Below, piece by piece: positions 25,472 to 35,301 of a DNA stretch of 50,642 nt (position 1 is the first letter of the stretch; every line of letters starts with the position of its first letter). The position numbers were made by a program, and so were the translations under genes. Location of the stretch: positions 1 to 50,642 of IMG/VR virus record IMGVR_UViG_3300030098_005849; one strand, 5' to 3'. The notes beneath the pieces were generated by a model that saw nothing but the letters and a program-made list of their open reading frames with translations, searched no databases and had not been told where the DNA came from. Source of the stretch: a virus. Taxonomy: Duplodnaviria > Caudoviricetes.

Positions 25472-27565
25472 ATGGCTTTTGGTCAATCGGAAGATGAACA
25501 ACGAAGACTAAGAGAGTTACAGGTTTTTGCTCCCTATCAACCTTTAGAAGGTTTAGGGTTTAAAACTAAACAAGGACTCCTTTCAGGTTTTCAATGGAAT
25601 AGTATCAATGAGCCTGAACTCACTCTTGATGTAGATGGTATACGTGCATATGGATTAGATAGTATTTATCAAATTGAGTATTTAGCAAAAGCAAGTACAA
25701 TAGAACCTAACAGAGTTATTAGTACTAGTTTTGATACAATAACTCTTCCTTATACTCCTCTTTCTATTATTACAGGACCGACTGGTCCAATTGGAGATCC
25801 AGGTACTGCAGCAACAGGATTGCAAGGTCCAGTTGGAGAACAAGGACCTACTGGAATTGCTGGAGCTGATGGAGGAGAAGGTGCTCCAGGTCGCCCAGGT
25901 GCAACAGGATCTACAGGTATTCAAGGATTTAGAGGACCTCGAGGAGTAGAAGGTGAATGTTGTGTTTGTAAAACATGTGCTCCTGCTGCGGATGGTTCTT
26001 ATACAACTTGTGAAACAGGATGTAAATTACCTTTTTATATTAACTGCAGTTTTGAATTACCAAATGCTATATTCCATTACGATGTTACTGAAGACGATGC
26101 AGTAGGTAGTTTAGATGGCCCTGGTTGTTTTGATGACGAAGGTAACTTTAGTGATGTAGGATGTTCTTTAGCATTAGAACCTTTAGCAGGTAATCAAATA
26201 GATGTTTCTTTACAATGGAATGTTGCTGCTGGAAGATACGATGTAGTTGCTAGTAATGATCTTTCAGGAACTCAAGACACTTGTCTTGGAAGTGCAGGAG
26301 ATTGTAATAATACTAGACCTGCTGGAACGCAAACAAATTGTGGAATCCTTATAGGTAAAACAGGAATTACGAGTTGTCAAAATTGTACATTAACTCGATT
26401 ACCCGATACGATTACAAGTCCTCATATTGTAATTAATCATGGTATGGGTACAAGTGGAGCTAAAACATGCGATTGTGGTTGGAGTGAAGATGGTCAAGAG
26501 TTAAATATTTGTGGTCATGGAGGAGGATGCACAGTTATAACTTTTAAAACTCCTACTATTGTATGCGATTCTAATGAAGAGATAAACGGAGAACCTAACC
26601 CTGAATACAATAAGATGTATGTTCATTTAGAAATAGATGAAACTAAAACAAGAATCCCTTACAAAGGAGTAGCCGAAGGATTAAAATCTTGCCAACTTCC
26701 TGCAGGATGTGCTTTTTTACAAGGTCAAGATGTAGTCTACGATGATGCTTGTAAAACTTGTTATGAAAATGATGCAGCTGCAGGAGATTGTGTAGGTTGT
26801 TTAGGAAGGTATAAAGCCCCTAAAAACTCTAAACTTTTTTATAACGTAGCTTGCCCTAACACTTTTGTTAATTTTGGTACTTGTGGTAATTGTCTTGCAG
26901 GATGTTTATTTGATTTATATGACGATAACCCTTGTGATGTTTGTCAATTTGTAAATGAAATAGAAAATTCAGTTGCAGGAGTAGAATGTAATGTCACAGT
27001 TGCAGATGAACCTTCAGCAGATTTTTCTTGTAATGCTCCTAAGTTTGAAAGCATGGGAGGTTACATCTGTGGACAAACTGCTTCAGGTTCTTCTTGCCAA
27101 ACAGGTTGTTTTCCAGGAGTAATTAGTAATGGATGTGTTAATAACTTATCGCATCTCCCTAACGATATAACTTCAACTTGTGCTCATAATATGGGAGCTA
27201 ATGGAAATACAAACTGTCATTGTTTTGGTGATACATTTGAATACGGAACTAGACCTAATGGAGCTACGATAACTTGTATTGGATCTCAAAATAAAACTGC
27301 TACTAAATGCATGGACCAAGCAAGAATTACAGGGTGTGATTGTGAATGTGTTATGATTTCAACAGGACAAGGACAAGGAAACGTTAATATTAAAAATAGG
27401 ATATTAGTAAGTACTTGTGGAGGAGATTTTATGTCCCAAGTAACAGATACAGGAGCTTTTAAAGAATTAGCTTCTACAGGATTTGGTACAACTGCAGGGA
27501 CTGATGGAGATACTCAATTAGCTACTCTAATCTTTGACGATGATATTGGAGGAACTTATACATGA
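25472..27565 (+). CDS. Collagen-repeat plus Cys-rich fibre/receptor-binding protein
   Basis: GXY tract near aa 103-161 followed by about 45 Cys in the remaining ~530 aa. Confidence 0.75.
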   Translation: MAFGQSEDEQRRLRELQVFAPYQPLEGLGFKTKQGLLSGFQWNSINEPELTLDVDGIRAYGLDSIYQIEYLAKASTIEPNRVISTSFDTITLPYTPLSIITGPTGPIGDPGTAATGLQGPVGEQGPTGIAGADGGEGAPGRPGATGSTGIQGFRGPRGVEGECCVCKTCAPAADGSYTTCETGCKLPFYINCSFELPNAIFHYDVTEDDAVGSLDGPGCFDDEGNFSDVGCSLALEPLAGNQIDVSLQWNVAAGRYDVVASNDLSGTQDTCLGSAGDCNNTRPAGTQTNCGILIGKTGITSCQNCTLTRLPDTITSPHIVINHGMGTSGAKTCDCGWSEDGQELNICGHGGGCTVITFKTPTIVCDSNEEINGEPNPEYNKMYVHLEIDETKTRIPYKGVAEGLKSCQLPAGCAFLQGQDVVYDDACKTCYENDAAAGDCVGCLGRYKAPKNSKLFYNVACPNTFVNFGTCGNCLAGCLFDLYDDNPCDVCQFVNEIENSVAGVECNVTVADEPSADFSCNAPKFESMGGYICGQTASGSSCQTGCFPGVISNGCVNNLSHLPNDITSTCAHNMGANGNTNCHCFGDTFEYGTRPNGATITCIGSQNKTATKCMDQARITGCDCECVMISTGQGQGNVNIKNRILVSTCGGDFMSQVTDTGAFKELASTGFGTTAGTDGDTQLATLIFDDDIGGTYT

Positions 27566-28461
27566 TTCTTAAAAATAGATTTGATAAAGATGTTTCTTTA
27601 GAAAACCAATATGCAGGTCAATCTATTTTTCTTTGCGGATCAGGACCTTCTCTTAGAAATCATGATCTTCACCTTTTAAAAGAGTCACAAGCTTTCACCT
27701 TTGGCCTTAACAATCTATGGTCTTTAATAGATTTAGACTTTTGGACAGCAATGGATCCCCCAGAAAAGTTTTTATCTTGGGGACATATGAATCCCCGTAT
27801 TCAAAAGTTTTATCCTTCTCATCATAAAGATAAATACTTACGAACTAAAACAAAAGAAGATAAGTTTATAACTTTAGAAACTACCCCCAAAGACTGTCCT
27901 AACGCTTATTTTTTTAATGGGACATTGGGCTGGACTAAACTGTTAGAAGAGCCTTCTTTATTTTTTACATTGGGAGAAGTAAATTGGGGATCCGATAAAA
28001 AGCATGATCCTGAATTAAAAAATATGTGGTGTAGAAGTAGTTTACTTCCTGCATTTAGAATTATAGAATATTTAGGGTTTACAAAAATCTATCTTATAGG
28101 ATGTGATTTTAAAATGAATACCTCTACTCCTTATGCTTTTGGACAGATGAAACAAAAGGTTGGAGGTAATAACGCTGCATATGTAGCCCAGAACAAAATG
28201 CTTAAAGCTTTGTACCCTGAGTTTTTAGCAAGAGATGTACATATATACAATTGTACGAAGGAGTCTTACTTAAATGTTTTCCCTTATTTCGAATATGAAA
28301 AAGCTTTGGAGGAATGTGCTCATTACTCAAGAGAAGACACCGAAGGATGGTATCACGAGGAAATCAACAGAGGAGTCGTTATCAAAAAAGGGGCTTATAA
28401 AACCCACCAATCTAAGATCATTACACCTCGAAAAGAACGAATGGTTTTACAAGGCAGTTAG
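27562..28461 (+). CDS. Maf/DUF115 (MptE-like) glycosyltransferase-family protein
   Basis: FLCGSGPSL, FGLNN, YLGFTKIYLIGCDF, IYNCTKESYLNVFP. Confidence 0.75.
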   Translation: MILKNRFDKDVSLENQYAGQSIFLCGSGPSLRNHDLHLLKESQAFTFGLNNLWSLIDLDFWTAMDPPEKFLSWGHMNPRIQKFYPSHHKDKYLRTKTKEDKFITLETTPKDCPNAYFFNGTLGWTKLLEEPSLFFTLGEVNWGSDKKHDPELKNMWCRSSLLPAFRIIEYLGFTKIYLIGCDFKMNTSTPYAFGQMKQKVGGNNAAYVAQNKMLKALYPEFLARDVHIYNCTKESYLNVFPYFEYEKALEECAHYSREDTEGWYHEEINRGVVIKKGAYKTHQSKIITPRKERMVLQGS

Positions 28462-28945
28462 TTTAGTTTCTAATTTTGACGAATGGAAAGAAAGTCAAAA
28501 GCTGGCAGAAGATTGTTATACCTACGGATTAAACTATAAATATTTAATGAATAAAAGGTTACAGGATTTTCCTGTCCATCTTAAATGGTTCGTTACTCAT
28601 ATGAAGTCCCCTACGGTGTTTTTCTCCCCCCATGTAAGGATTCGTAAAAAGCCTAAATTATTTAAAAAAAGGTCTAAATACGATGTGATCCTGGGGAAGG
28701 ATCTAAATGTTGTAGGATTTAACTACAATTGTATTACAGAACGTATTCTTCAAAGATGGATATTTCATCTTAATAGGTGTCACTACGAATATCCTGATAA
28801 TCCAGAGGAATGGGATTTATACGCAAACCTACTTAAAACTTTGGCAGAATTTGAAGATAAGGTTAATATAAAGAGACTTCCAGAGAACTACATTTCTTCT
28901 CTGGGGGGAGATGATCCAGTGATTTTTTGTAAGGAACCCTCTTAA
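28274..28945 (+). CDS. Degenerate GT-A-like (nucleotide-diphospho-sugar transferase) protein; start uncertain
   Basis: L..DC..YGL.Y, PTVFFSPHV.I.K.P.LF, IL..W, WD, LPENY...DPVI resemble small phage GTs, but there is no DxD. Confidence 0.45.
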   Translation: MFSLISNMKKLWRNVLITQEKTPKDGITRKSTEESLSKKGLIKPTNLRSLHLEKNEWFYKAVSLVSNFDEWKESQKLAEDCYTYGLNYKYLMNKRLQDFPVHLKWFVTHMKSPTVFFSPHVRIRKKPKLFKKRSKYDVILGKDLNVVGFNYNCITERILQRWIFHLNRCHYEYPDNPEEWDLYANLLKTLAEFEDKVNIKRLPENYISSLGGDDPVIFCKEPS

Positions 28946-31900
28946 TGGCAGAAACAATAAGACGAGATTTAACTTGGGTCTACCCTACAGTAGAGATATC
29001 CCAAGATCAACGAGTACCTAGACCCGCTGTTGGTAGGCGATATGCGTCAGAATTAACTGGCTTTGATGGGTCTGTTTCGGGGGGTTTACGCCCTGCTTCT
29101 GGTTTTGAGCATATACATACCTTAGATGGATTTACGGCAGCCGATGTAGATACGAGCTCAAATCATGATGAAACCTCTGTTAATCATGGTATATGGCCTG
29201 TTACTTTTGTTATGAAAGATGCAAACAAAAGTGCTTTTGGTTTTGTATATAGAATGGCTAGAAAAGCAGGAGCTACTACTTGTGATATCTTTTTAGACTA
29301 TTACAACGCAGAATGTGGTGCCTGGAATACTGTATTACTAGTAGATGGTGCAGCTATTAACTATGCAGATTCTGATGATTCTCCTTGTTCTACTTCAGGA
29401 TCTATTGTTTCAAGCACTCCTATAGAGGTTACTACTTTTGGAATGCTTCTTTATGTGTTTGTAAAAGGTCGAACTCCTTATAGATTTTATCTTAAGAAGT
29501 GTGGGGACTTAGCTTATCTTAATAGTGGATCTGCTACTTGTGCAGAAGGTTATGCAGGAACAGCTACTCCTTTAGTTGCAGCTACTGCTACCCTAACAGT
29601 AGGAGGACAAATAAGTGCGTCAACTCCTGGTGGAACTATTCACTCTATTAAAATAGTTGATGGTGCAGGAACTACCCAAGAATATCATGGGGCTACTTCA
29701 GGAAATCCAGGTGATCTTACCAAAGCTAAAATGGATTTTACGTTTGATAACACGGCTCCTGCTAATGATCAAACCATAACTATTATTTCTACTGATGGAA
29801 CAAGTAAAACTTTTATTGCTAAATCAAGTGTAACCGATGGTACTCTTGATGGAAGTAATGTTGTCTTTAGTCGAGATGGTGTTGGGGCAAGTAATCATGC
29901 TGCTTCTTTTATAACTGCTGTTACTCATGCAAATGGTTTAGGTTCTAAAGTAACTTGTACTCAAGGGGGAGGAAAAGTTACTATTGAACAAGCAGTAGGA
30001 GGTTTTGCAGGAAATAGTACTATTACTAAATCAGCAAGTTTTACAACTGCTGATGCTCCTCCTGCTACATTTACTGGTGGAGGTTGCAAGTATATTAATA
30101 CGGGAACTACCAATGCAGCCCACGCTTATAACTTAGAACAAGCTATTAAATCTTCTGGAGGTCATGCAGGACAAATATTAGTTACTCGTGCTGCAGGAAG
30201 TAATGTTTTAACTCTTAAACAAAAACGAAAAGGAACTTCTGGTAATACTACAATGGTATCTACAGGAACTTCTAATATTACTTTAACTGCTCAGTTTAGT
30301 GGGGGAGCAGGAACGTATTGCAATGATGGCACAACTCAATACGAAAATTTAACAACTCCAACAGATCCTCCTGGTCCAGGAGCTAAACCTGTTTTGTATT
30401 CTCCTCCTGAGACTGATCCGTATGTAGCTTTGTCTATTAATACAGAACGTCACGATAGTAGTAATAGTGCTTGGGGTAAAGTGTCTATTTACGATACTGA
30501 TCCTATCAAGACTTGGGATTTAAGATGGAAAAACAAAACTAAAGGTTACTATGAGGAATTAAATAATACTCCTCCTTACCATACTATTTTAAATGTAAAT
30601 GAAACAACAGGATTTACAGATACTCTTTCACATTTAGAGAATGCTTATTTCTTTATTGGGATTGCTCATGGCACAAGTGCTGTAACAGGATCTAACTTAT
30701 CAGATAAAACTTTTAAACTAAGAGATTCTAATTACACGATTGATGGTAACGTTGAAGATGCTTATAACACCGCATCTTTTTGGTTTAATAATAGTTCTGC
30801 TTATACAACAGCTCATACTAATGACACTCATTATGCTTTACCTACTCAAGCTCAGTCTATTGCAGGTCCTACTGCTATTGATTGCACAGGATCAGAAGCA
30901 GCAGAAGATGGAGTTTGTCCTAGTATGAGTATGATCTCAGTACAAAATATTGAGACGGTTGCAAATACAACTAACGATAGTGATATAGCTAACTACAGAA
31001 TAATGAAGGCTATTCAAAACTCTATAAATAATGCTACTAATTTAGATATGACAGCAGTACCTTTTTTAACAGGAGCTACTTCTACTAGTAAACCTGCTTC
31101 GAATGGAACTGCTGCATCAGGAAGTATTACTATTGCAGGTTCAATTGATGTATCAGAATTAAATGGTGAAACTATTATTCTTGTAGACTCAAGTGGTACT
31201 TCAACTACTTTTACTTGGGATACTTCTGTTGCTACAGAAACAGGAACTAATATAGGAATCTCAGGTATTTCAGATGCTGATGAAGGTGGAGTAGCTACTC
31301 GATTACTTAATACTATTAACAATTACTATGCAAGTAATGATGAAGGAATAACTGCTACTACTACAACAACAGGAGTAGTAACTCTTACTCAAAAACTTGC
31401 AGGTGCTCAAGGCAATACAGTAATTACTTCTAATTCTGCTTCTGCAGAGATATCAGCAACAAGTAATTTTTCTGGAGGTAACGGAGATTACTTCTTAAAG
31501 ATTTCTCAAAATGCTCTAGGAACAAATGGTCATACTCCTATTGACGTAAATGCTGATTTAGAAAATGAAGCGGGAGTTTATTTCTTAAGTACTGCAACTG
31601 TTCATAGTGATAACCTATTAGCTACTAATGATACTTTATCAAATGGTGGTGCAGCAAGTGGTAATACAGGAACTTTTGCACGAACTCCTATTAAACTTGA
31701 AGCAGGTAACTATACTTTTTCAGTTCAATTTGTAAATAGTTTTACAAAACTAAGAAGTGGATTGTCTGAGATAGCTCAAATGTCTACTGAAGATTTTAGA
31801 GGTTATGGAGTAAATCCTAATAATGTAACAGATGGTGTAACAGCTTATGATAGTTTTAGTCAAGACTTCTCAGGTATACTTACTACTGTTCCTACTGCAG

Positions 31901-33957
31901 AAAATGCAGGATTGTTTGTAGGTTTGCATTTACAATACGATTCCCTTAAATGGGATCAAGCCTACATTTACAGAAGTGTAAAAACAGAAACAGCGGGAGG
32001 AACATTCTCTTCCTCTGTTATGCACTTAGACAATGTTATTACCTTAGAGGATCATCGAATCATGGGACCTGCTGATATTGGGGGGAACCCTACTCAAGAA
32101 GATTCAGCTATGTATCCTTTATGGCAAACTTGTACTGAAGTAGGTTCAGAAGATGATTGCCGATACAGACAAGCAGTTTACTTCTATGAGTTAGATGATA
32201 AACAATTAATCTTCCAAGATGTATATACTGATAAAACTATCTTTGATGAGAAGATGCCTTTTGGTGGAGCAGCCATTATGTATGAAAATACATTGTTGGT
32301 ATCTAATATTGATTGCACTACTACAACAACTAATAATTCAAGTTCACAACAGTTTAGAAACTTAGGTGAAGTAAGATGGTCTTCTTTGTATGAGCCAAGT
32401 CCTGAGTTGTTTCCAGTATCTAATTACTATGTTCCCGAAGCTTCTTCCAATCCAATCATTCGATTTGAAAAAACAGGAGCAAATGTAATAGGGTTTGCTA
32501 GAGATAAAATTTATCACTTACGAAAACAATCTACCAATATTGGTGGATACATGAAGATTTCAGAAATGCACGAAGGCTATGGAATTGTAAATGAACATTG
32601 TGCAGCCTCAGTAGGAACTTCTGTTTATTTCATTACTCATAAAGGTTTAAAATCTATAGACGCCAGGGGACAGTTAGATGATGTCAAAGGTGTTGATTAC
32701 CTTCTGATGCATGAGTGGAGATCGTACATTAGAAACTTAAGACTTTCTTTTGATGCTCAAATGGGAGCTTTGTTTATTCTTAATCCTGATACTAAAGAAG
32801 CAGCTATCTTTTGGTTTAACACAGGTCGAATTACTAGATACAAAGATTTACCTTTTGATTTTACAAGATCAGGGTTTTTTCCTTATAGTCTAGAAGCTTC
32901 TTTAACAGGAAGTGCTTTGACTACTGCAGCTGCTACAGAACGAGATGAACGAGCTTTTTTTGTACAAAACTATCCTTATACAGGAGATGGAAGTGGAGAT
33001 TTATGGAATGCCAGCGATGCTACTTTTAGTAGTACTAAGTGGGCTCCTCGAATCTACAGGTATCGATTTGAAAGAGATTCAGTTATTGCATCTAGCACGG
33101 CATCAGATACCATAAATGGAAGTAATAGAATTACCACTCTTTTGTATCCTGGAGATACCCGTTTTACGGTACATGCTTTAGCAGCAGCTGGATCAGGGGT
33201 AGATGACAATGTATTCATTATCAGCCTTTCCAATTCCAATACCGATTACATGTCAACAGGAGGCAATGCCTTTAGACCCCGTCCAATATCTACAGAAGGT
33301 AGTTTGAATTGGGTGGGATCTTATGTTTATATCCTTTCTAATCCAGGAACTACAGGTGCTATTGGTGATAAGGCCCAGGTTTTAAAGGTCACAAAAGCTG
33401 GTCAAGCGGGGGCAGATGGCACTTATGATCAAATTTATATCAAGTTTGATAGCTCTACATCCGATGCAAATGCTATGAAAAGTGGGACTAGGATAGGATT
33501 ATCGCCTGTTTACACAAGGTTTATTGCCCATCCTGTTATTACAACTTCTTCTATTACAGGTAATCCTTTAGAGCAAGCTTCTGATTACCACAAGACAAAA
33601 CATATCGATTCAATAGGGGCAAGTATCGTAGATATTTCAAGTCCCATTAAAGGTTTTACAGCAGAACAACATACTCCAATAGATGATTCTTATCTCTTAG
33701 GAGTCTTTCAAGGAAACGATACAGCTCCTGTTTCATCAGCTCCCCCCAAAGATTTCAATGGGGATCAAGTGAGGTCTTTCTTAGATGAATTAGGAAATGG
33801 AATTTGGGTTCCTATTGGAGATGGATTGGGTGTACAATCCCAAGTGTTATCTCCATTCTTTTCTTCCTTCTGTCCTGACGTTGATTTTAGATTGCTATCC
33901 TTGGTAGCCGATGGTAAAATCGCTTCAACCTACACTAATGAAAGGCGGGACGCATAA
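28945..33957 (+). CDS. Large tail protein (tail tubular B / P22 gp10-like scaffold with inserted adhesin modules)
   Basis: 1670 aa; VRWSSLYEPSPELFP and HEGYGIV...SVYFITHKGL beta-propeller-like motifs; T/G/S-rich inserts. Confidence 0.7.
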   Translation: MAETIRRDLTWVYPTVEISQDQRVPRPAVGRRYASELTGFDGSVSGGLRPASGFEHIHTLDGFTAADVDTSSNHDETSVNHGIWPVTFVMKDANKSAFGFVYRMARKAGATTCDIFLDYYNAECGAWNTVLLVDGAAINYADSDDSPCSTSGSIVSSTPIEVTTFGMLLYVFVKGRTPYRFYLKKCGDLAYLNSGSATCAEGYAGTATPLVAATATLTVGGQISASTPGGTIHSIKIVDGAGTTQEYHGATSGNPGDLTKAKMDFTFDNTAPANDQTITIISTDGTSKTFIAKSSVTDGTLDGSNVVFSRDGVGASNHAASFITAVTHANGLGSKVTCTQGGGKVTIEQAVGGFAGNSTITKSASFTTADAPPATFTGGGCKYINTGTTNAAHAYNLEQAIKSSGGHAGQILVTRAAGSNVLTLKQKRKGTSGNTTMVSTGTSNITLTAQFSGGAGTYCNDGTTQYENLTTPTDPPGPGAKPVLYSPPETDPYVALSINTERHDSSNSAWGKVSIYDTDPIKTWDLRWKNKTKGYYEELNNTPPYHTILNVNETTGFTDTLSHLENAYFFIGIAHGTSAVTGSNLSDKTFKLRDSNYTIDGNVEDAYNTASFWFNNSSAYTTAHTNDTHYALPTQAQSIAGPTAIDCTGSEAAEDGVCPSMSMISVQNIETVANTTNDSDIANYRIMKAIQNSINNATNLDMTAVPFLTGATSTSKPASNGTAASGSITIAGSIDVSELNGETIILVDSSGTSTTFTWDTSVATETGTNIGISGISDADEGGVATRLLNTINNYYASNDEGITATTTTTGVVTLTQKLAGAQGNTVITSNSASAEISATSNFSGGNGDYFLKISQNALGTNGHTPIDVNADLENEAGVYFLSTATVHSDNLLATNDTLSNGGAASGNTGTFARTPIKLEAGNYTFSVQFVNSFTKLRSGLSEIAQMSTEDFRGYGVNPNNVTDGVTAYDSFSQDFSGILTTVPTAENAGLFVGLHLQYDSLKWDQAYIYRSVKTETAGGTFSSSVMHLDNVITLEDHRIMGPADIGGNPTQEDSAMYPLWQTCTEVGSEDDCRYRQAVYFYELDDKQLIFQDVYTDKTIFDEKMPFGGAAIMYENTLLVSNIDCTTTTTNNSSSQQFRNLGEVRWSSLYEPSPELFPVSNYYVPEASSNPIIRFEKTGANVIGFARDKIYHLRKQSTNIGGYMKISEMHEGYGIVNEHCAASVGTSVYFITHKGLKSIDARGQLDDVKGVDYLLMHEWRSYIRNLRLSFDAQMGALFILNPDTKEAAIFWFNTGRITRYKDLPFDFTRSGFFPYSLEASLTGSALTTAAATERDERAFFVQNYPYTGDGSGDLWNASDATFSSTKWAPRIYRYRFERDSVIASSTASDTINGSNRITTLLYPGDTRFTVHALAAAGSGVDDNVFIISLSNSNTDYMSTGGNAFRPRPISTEGSLNWVGSYVYILSNPGTTGAIGDKAQVLKVTKAGQAGADGTYDQIYIKFDSSTSDANAMKSGTRIGLSPVYTRFIAHPVITTSSITGNPLEQASDYHKTKHIDSIGASIVDISSPIKGFTAEQHTPIDDSYLLGVFQGNDTAPVSSAPPKDFNGDQVRSFLDELGNGIWVPIGDGLGVQSQVLSPFFSSFCPDVDFRLLSLVADGKIASTYTNERRDA

Positions 33958-35291
33958 TGGCTAATGGATTCGATGCTGGTTATCAAGCTCCTGAGACTAA
34001 TCTTCAAGGGTTTTTAAATTCTAGCCAAGATTTTCTTGGTGCAGATATGGGTGATTTTACTCAAGGTCTTAATCTAAATGAGACTGAAAGAAGAGATCCT
34101 CTTGATTTTGATAGCTTTAGACAAGCGTATTTTAGTAATGAATTAGGGGAGTACGGGATTGAGCGTAGACCTAGTAGATCTACTCCTTTAGGAGGAGACT
34201 TAGGTACTAGTCAACTAGACTACGATAGATATAAAAAATCTTTTGCAGAGCAAGAAGATCGTAGGATGAGAGATGTTAATACTGGAATCCTTAAAAACAT
34301 TTTAGATACTGATTATCAAAATACTGTTGCTGCTCAACAAGCAACTATTGATATGCAAACAGGTGCTATTGCAGATTATATGGGTACTATTGATTCTATT
34401 GTAGGACAACAAGAGCAACTAGCTCAAGATGCTTATGATAGTCAAACAGGACGGGTAGATGATTATTTAGCTAATGTAGATCAGTATATTACAGATACCA
34501 CCAATCTATTAAAAGAAGGTGGCGAAAAAGTTTTTGAAGCGAGAGATCAAGCTGTTCAAGATTACGATAAAGCAATGAATGAGGCTTCTAGTAAACTTAA
34601 AAGTAATACTGACAAAATAGCAAACAAAATTGCTTCTATTGGAAAAGCTTTGCCTGATAAAGTAATGAATAGAAATAGTCTTGCAATTTCAAGCATGACT
34701 GCTGCTTTAGATAGAAAAAGAAATAATGCTCTTAACATGGTTACCTCTAATGTACGTCCTGGTGAAGAAGGTAGAGTTCAACAACAAGTAGCAGATATTA
34801 ATGATGCTTATTCTAGAAACAGTGCAGCAACCATTGGAAATGCTTTAATGCAAGGAGATGTTGCTTATAATACTGCTCTTTTCCAAGGAGCTACCATAGA
34901 AGTTTCAGCAGAAAAAACAAGACTTCAAAGCGAAATAATGGGAACTAATATAGAAATGCAAGGTGATCTTGCAAAACTAAACTGGGCAAAAGAAAAAGGA
35001 AACTATGAAATGGGTCTTCTAATGCAAGAAGCTCAGTTAAATGCTTTTGGTGTACAAGCTCAAAAAGATGCTCTTCAAAGTTACAATGCTATTGAGGGGC
35101 AAAGAACTGCAATGGTTACTGCAGCACAAAATTTACAAATTGGAGGAATGCAAACCGCAGCTGAAATGGCTTCTAAAATAGATCTTTCTCCTGTAGAGTA
35201 TGCTTCTACAATGGCAGCGTTTTTATCGTTTCAAACGATTCCTGATTTCAATACTTATATGCAACGGTTTACTCAAACCCTAACCTCATAG
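33957..35291 (+). CDS. Internal virion (ejection) protein, helical
   Basis: 444 aa, A/Q/M-rich, no Cys; position after the tail gene. Confidence 0.6.
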   Translation: MANGFDAGYQAPETNLQGFLNSSQDFLGADMGDFTQGLNLNETERRDPLDFDSFRQAYFSNELGEYGIERRPSRSTPLGGDLGTSQLDYDRYKKSFAEQEDRRMRDVNTGILKNILDTDYQNTVAAQQATIDMQTGAIADYMGTIDSIVGQQEQLAQDAYDSQTGRVDDYLANVDQYITDTTNLLKEGGEKVFEARDQAVQDYDKAMNEASSKLKSNTDKIANKIASIGKALPDKVMNRNSLAISSMTAALDRKRNNALNMVTSNVRPGEEGRVQQQVADINDAYSRNSAATIGNALMQGDVAYNTALFQGATIEVSAEKTRLQSEIMGTNIEMQGDLAKLNWAKEKGNYEMGLLMQEAQLNAFGVQAQKDALQSYNAIEGQRTAMVTAAQNLQIGGMQTAAEMASKIDLSPVEYASTMAAFLSFQTIPDFNTYMQRFTQTLTS

Positions 35292-35301
35292 GAAAACTAC
35301 A

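Noticed and set aside
25457-25474. Stop-codon readthrough joining the two in-frame collagen genes
   Set aside because: The spacer TAA GGT AGA TAG CTT ATG has two different in-frame stops, and the second gene has its own SD-like AAGGT
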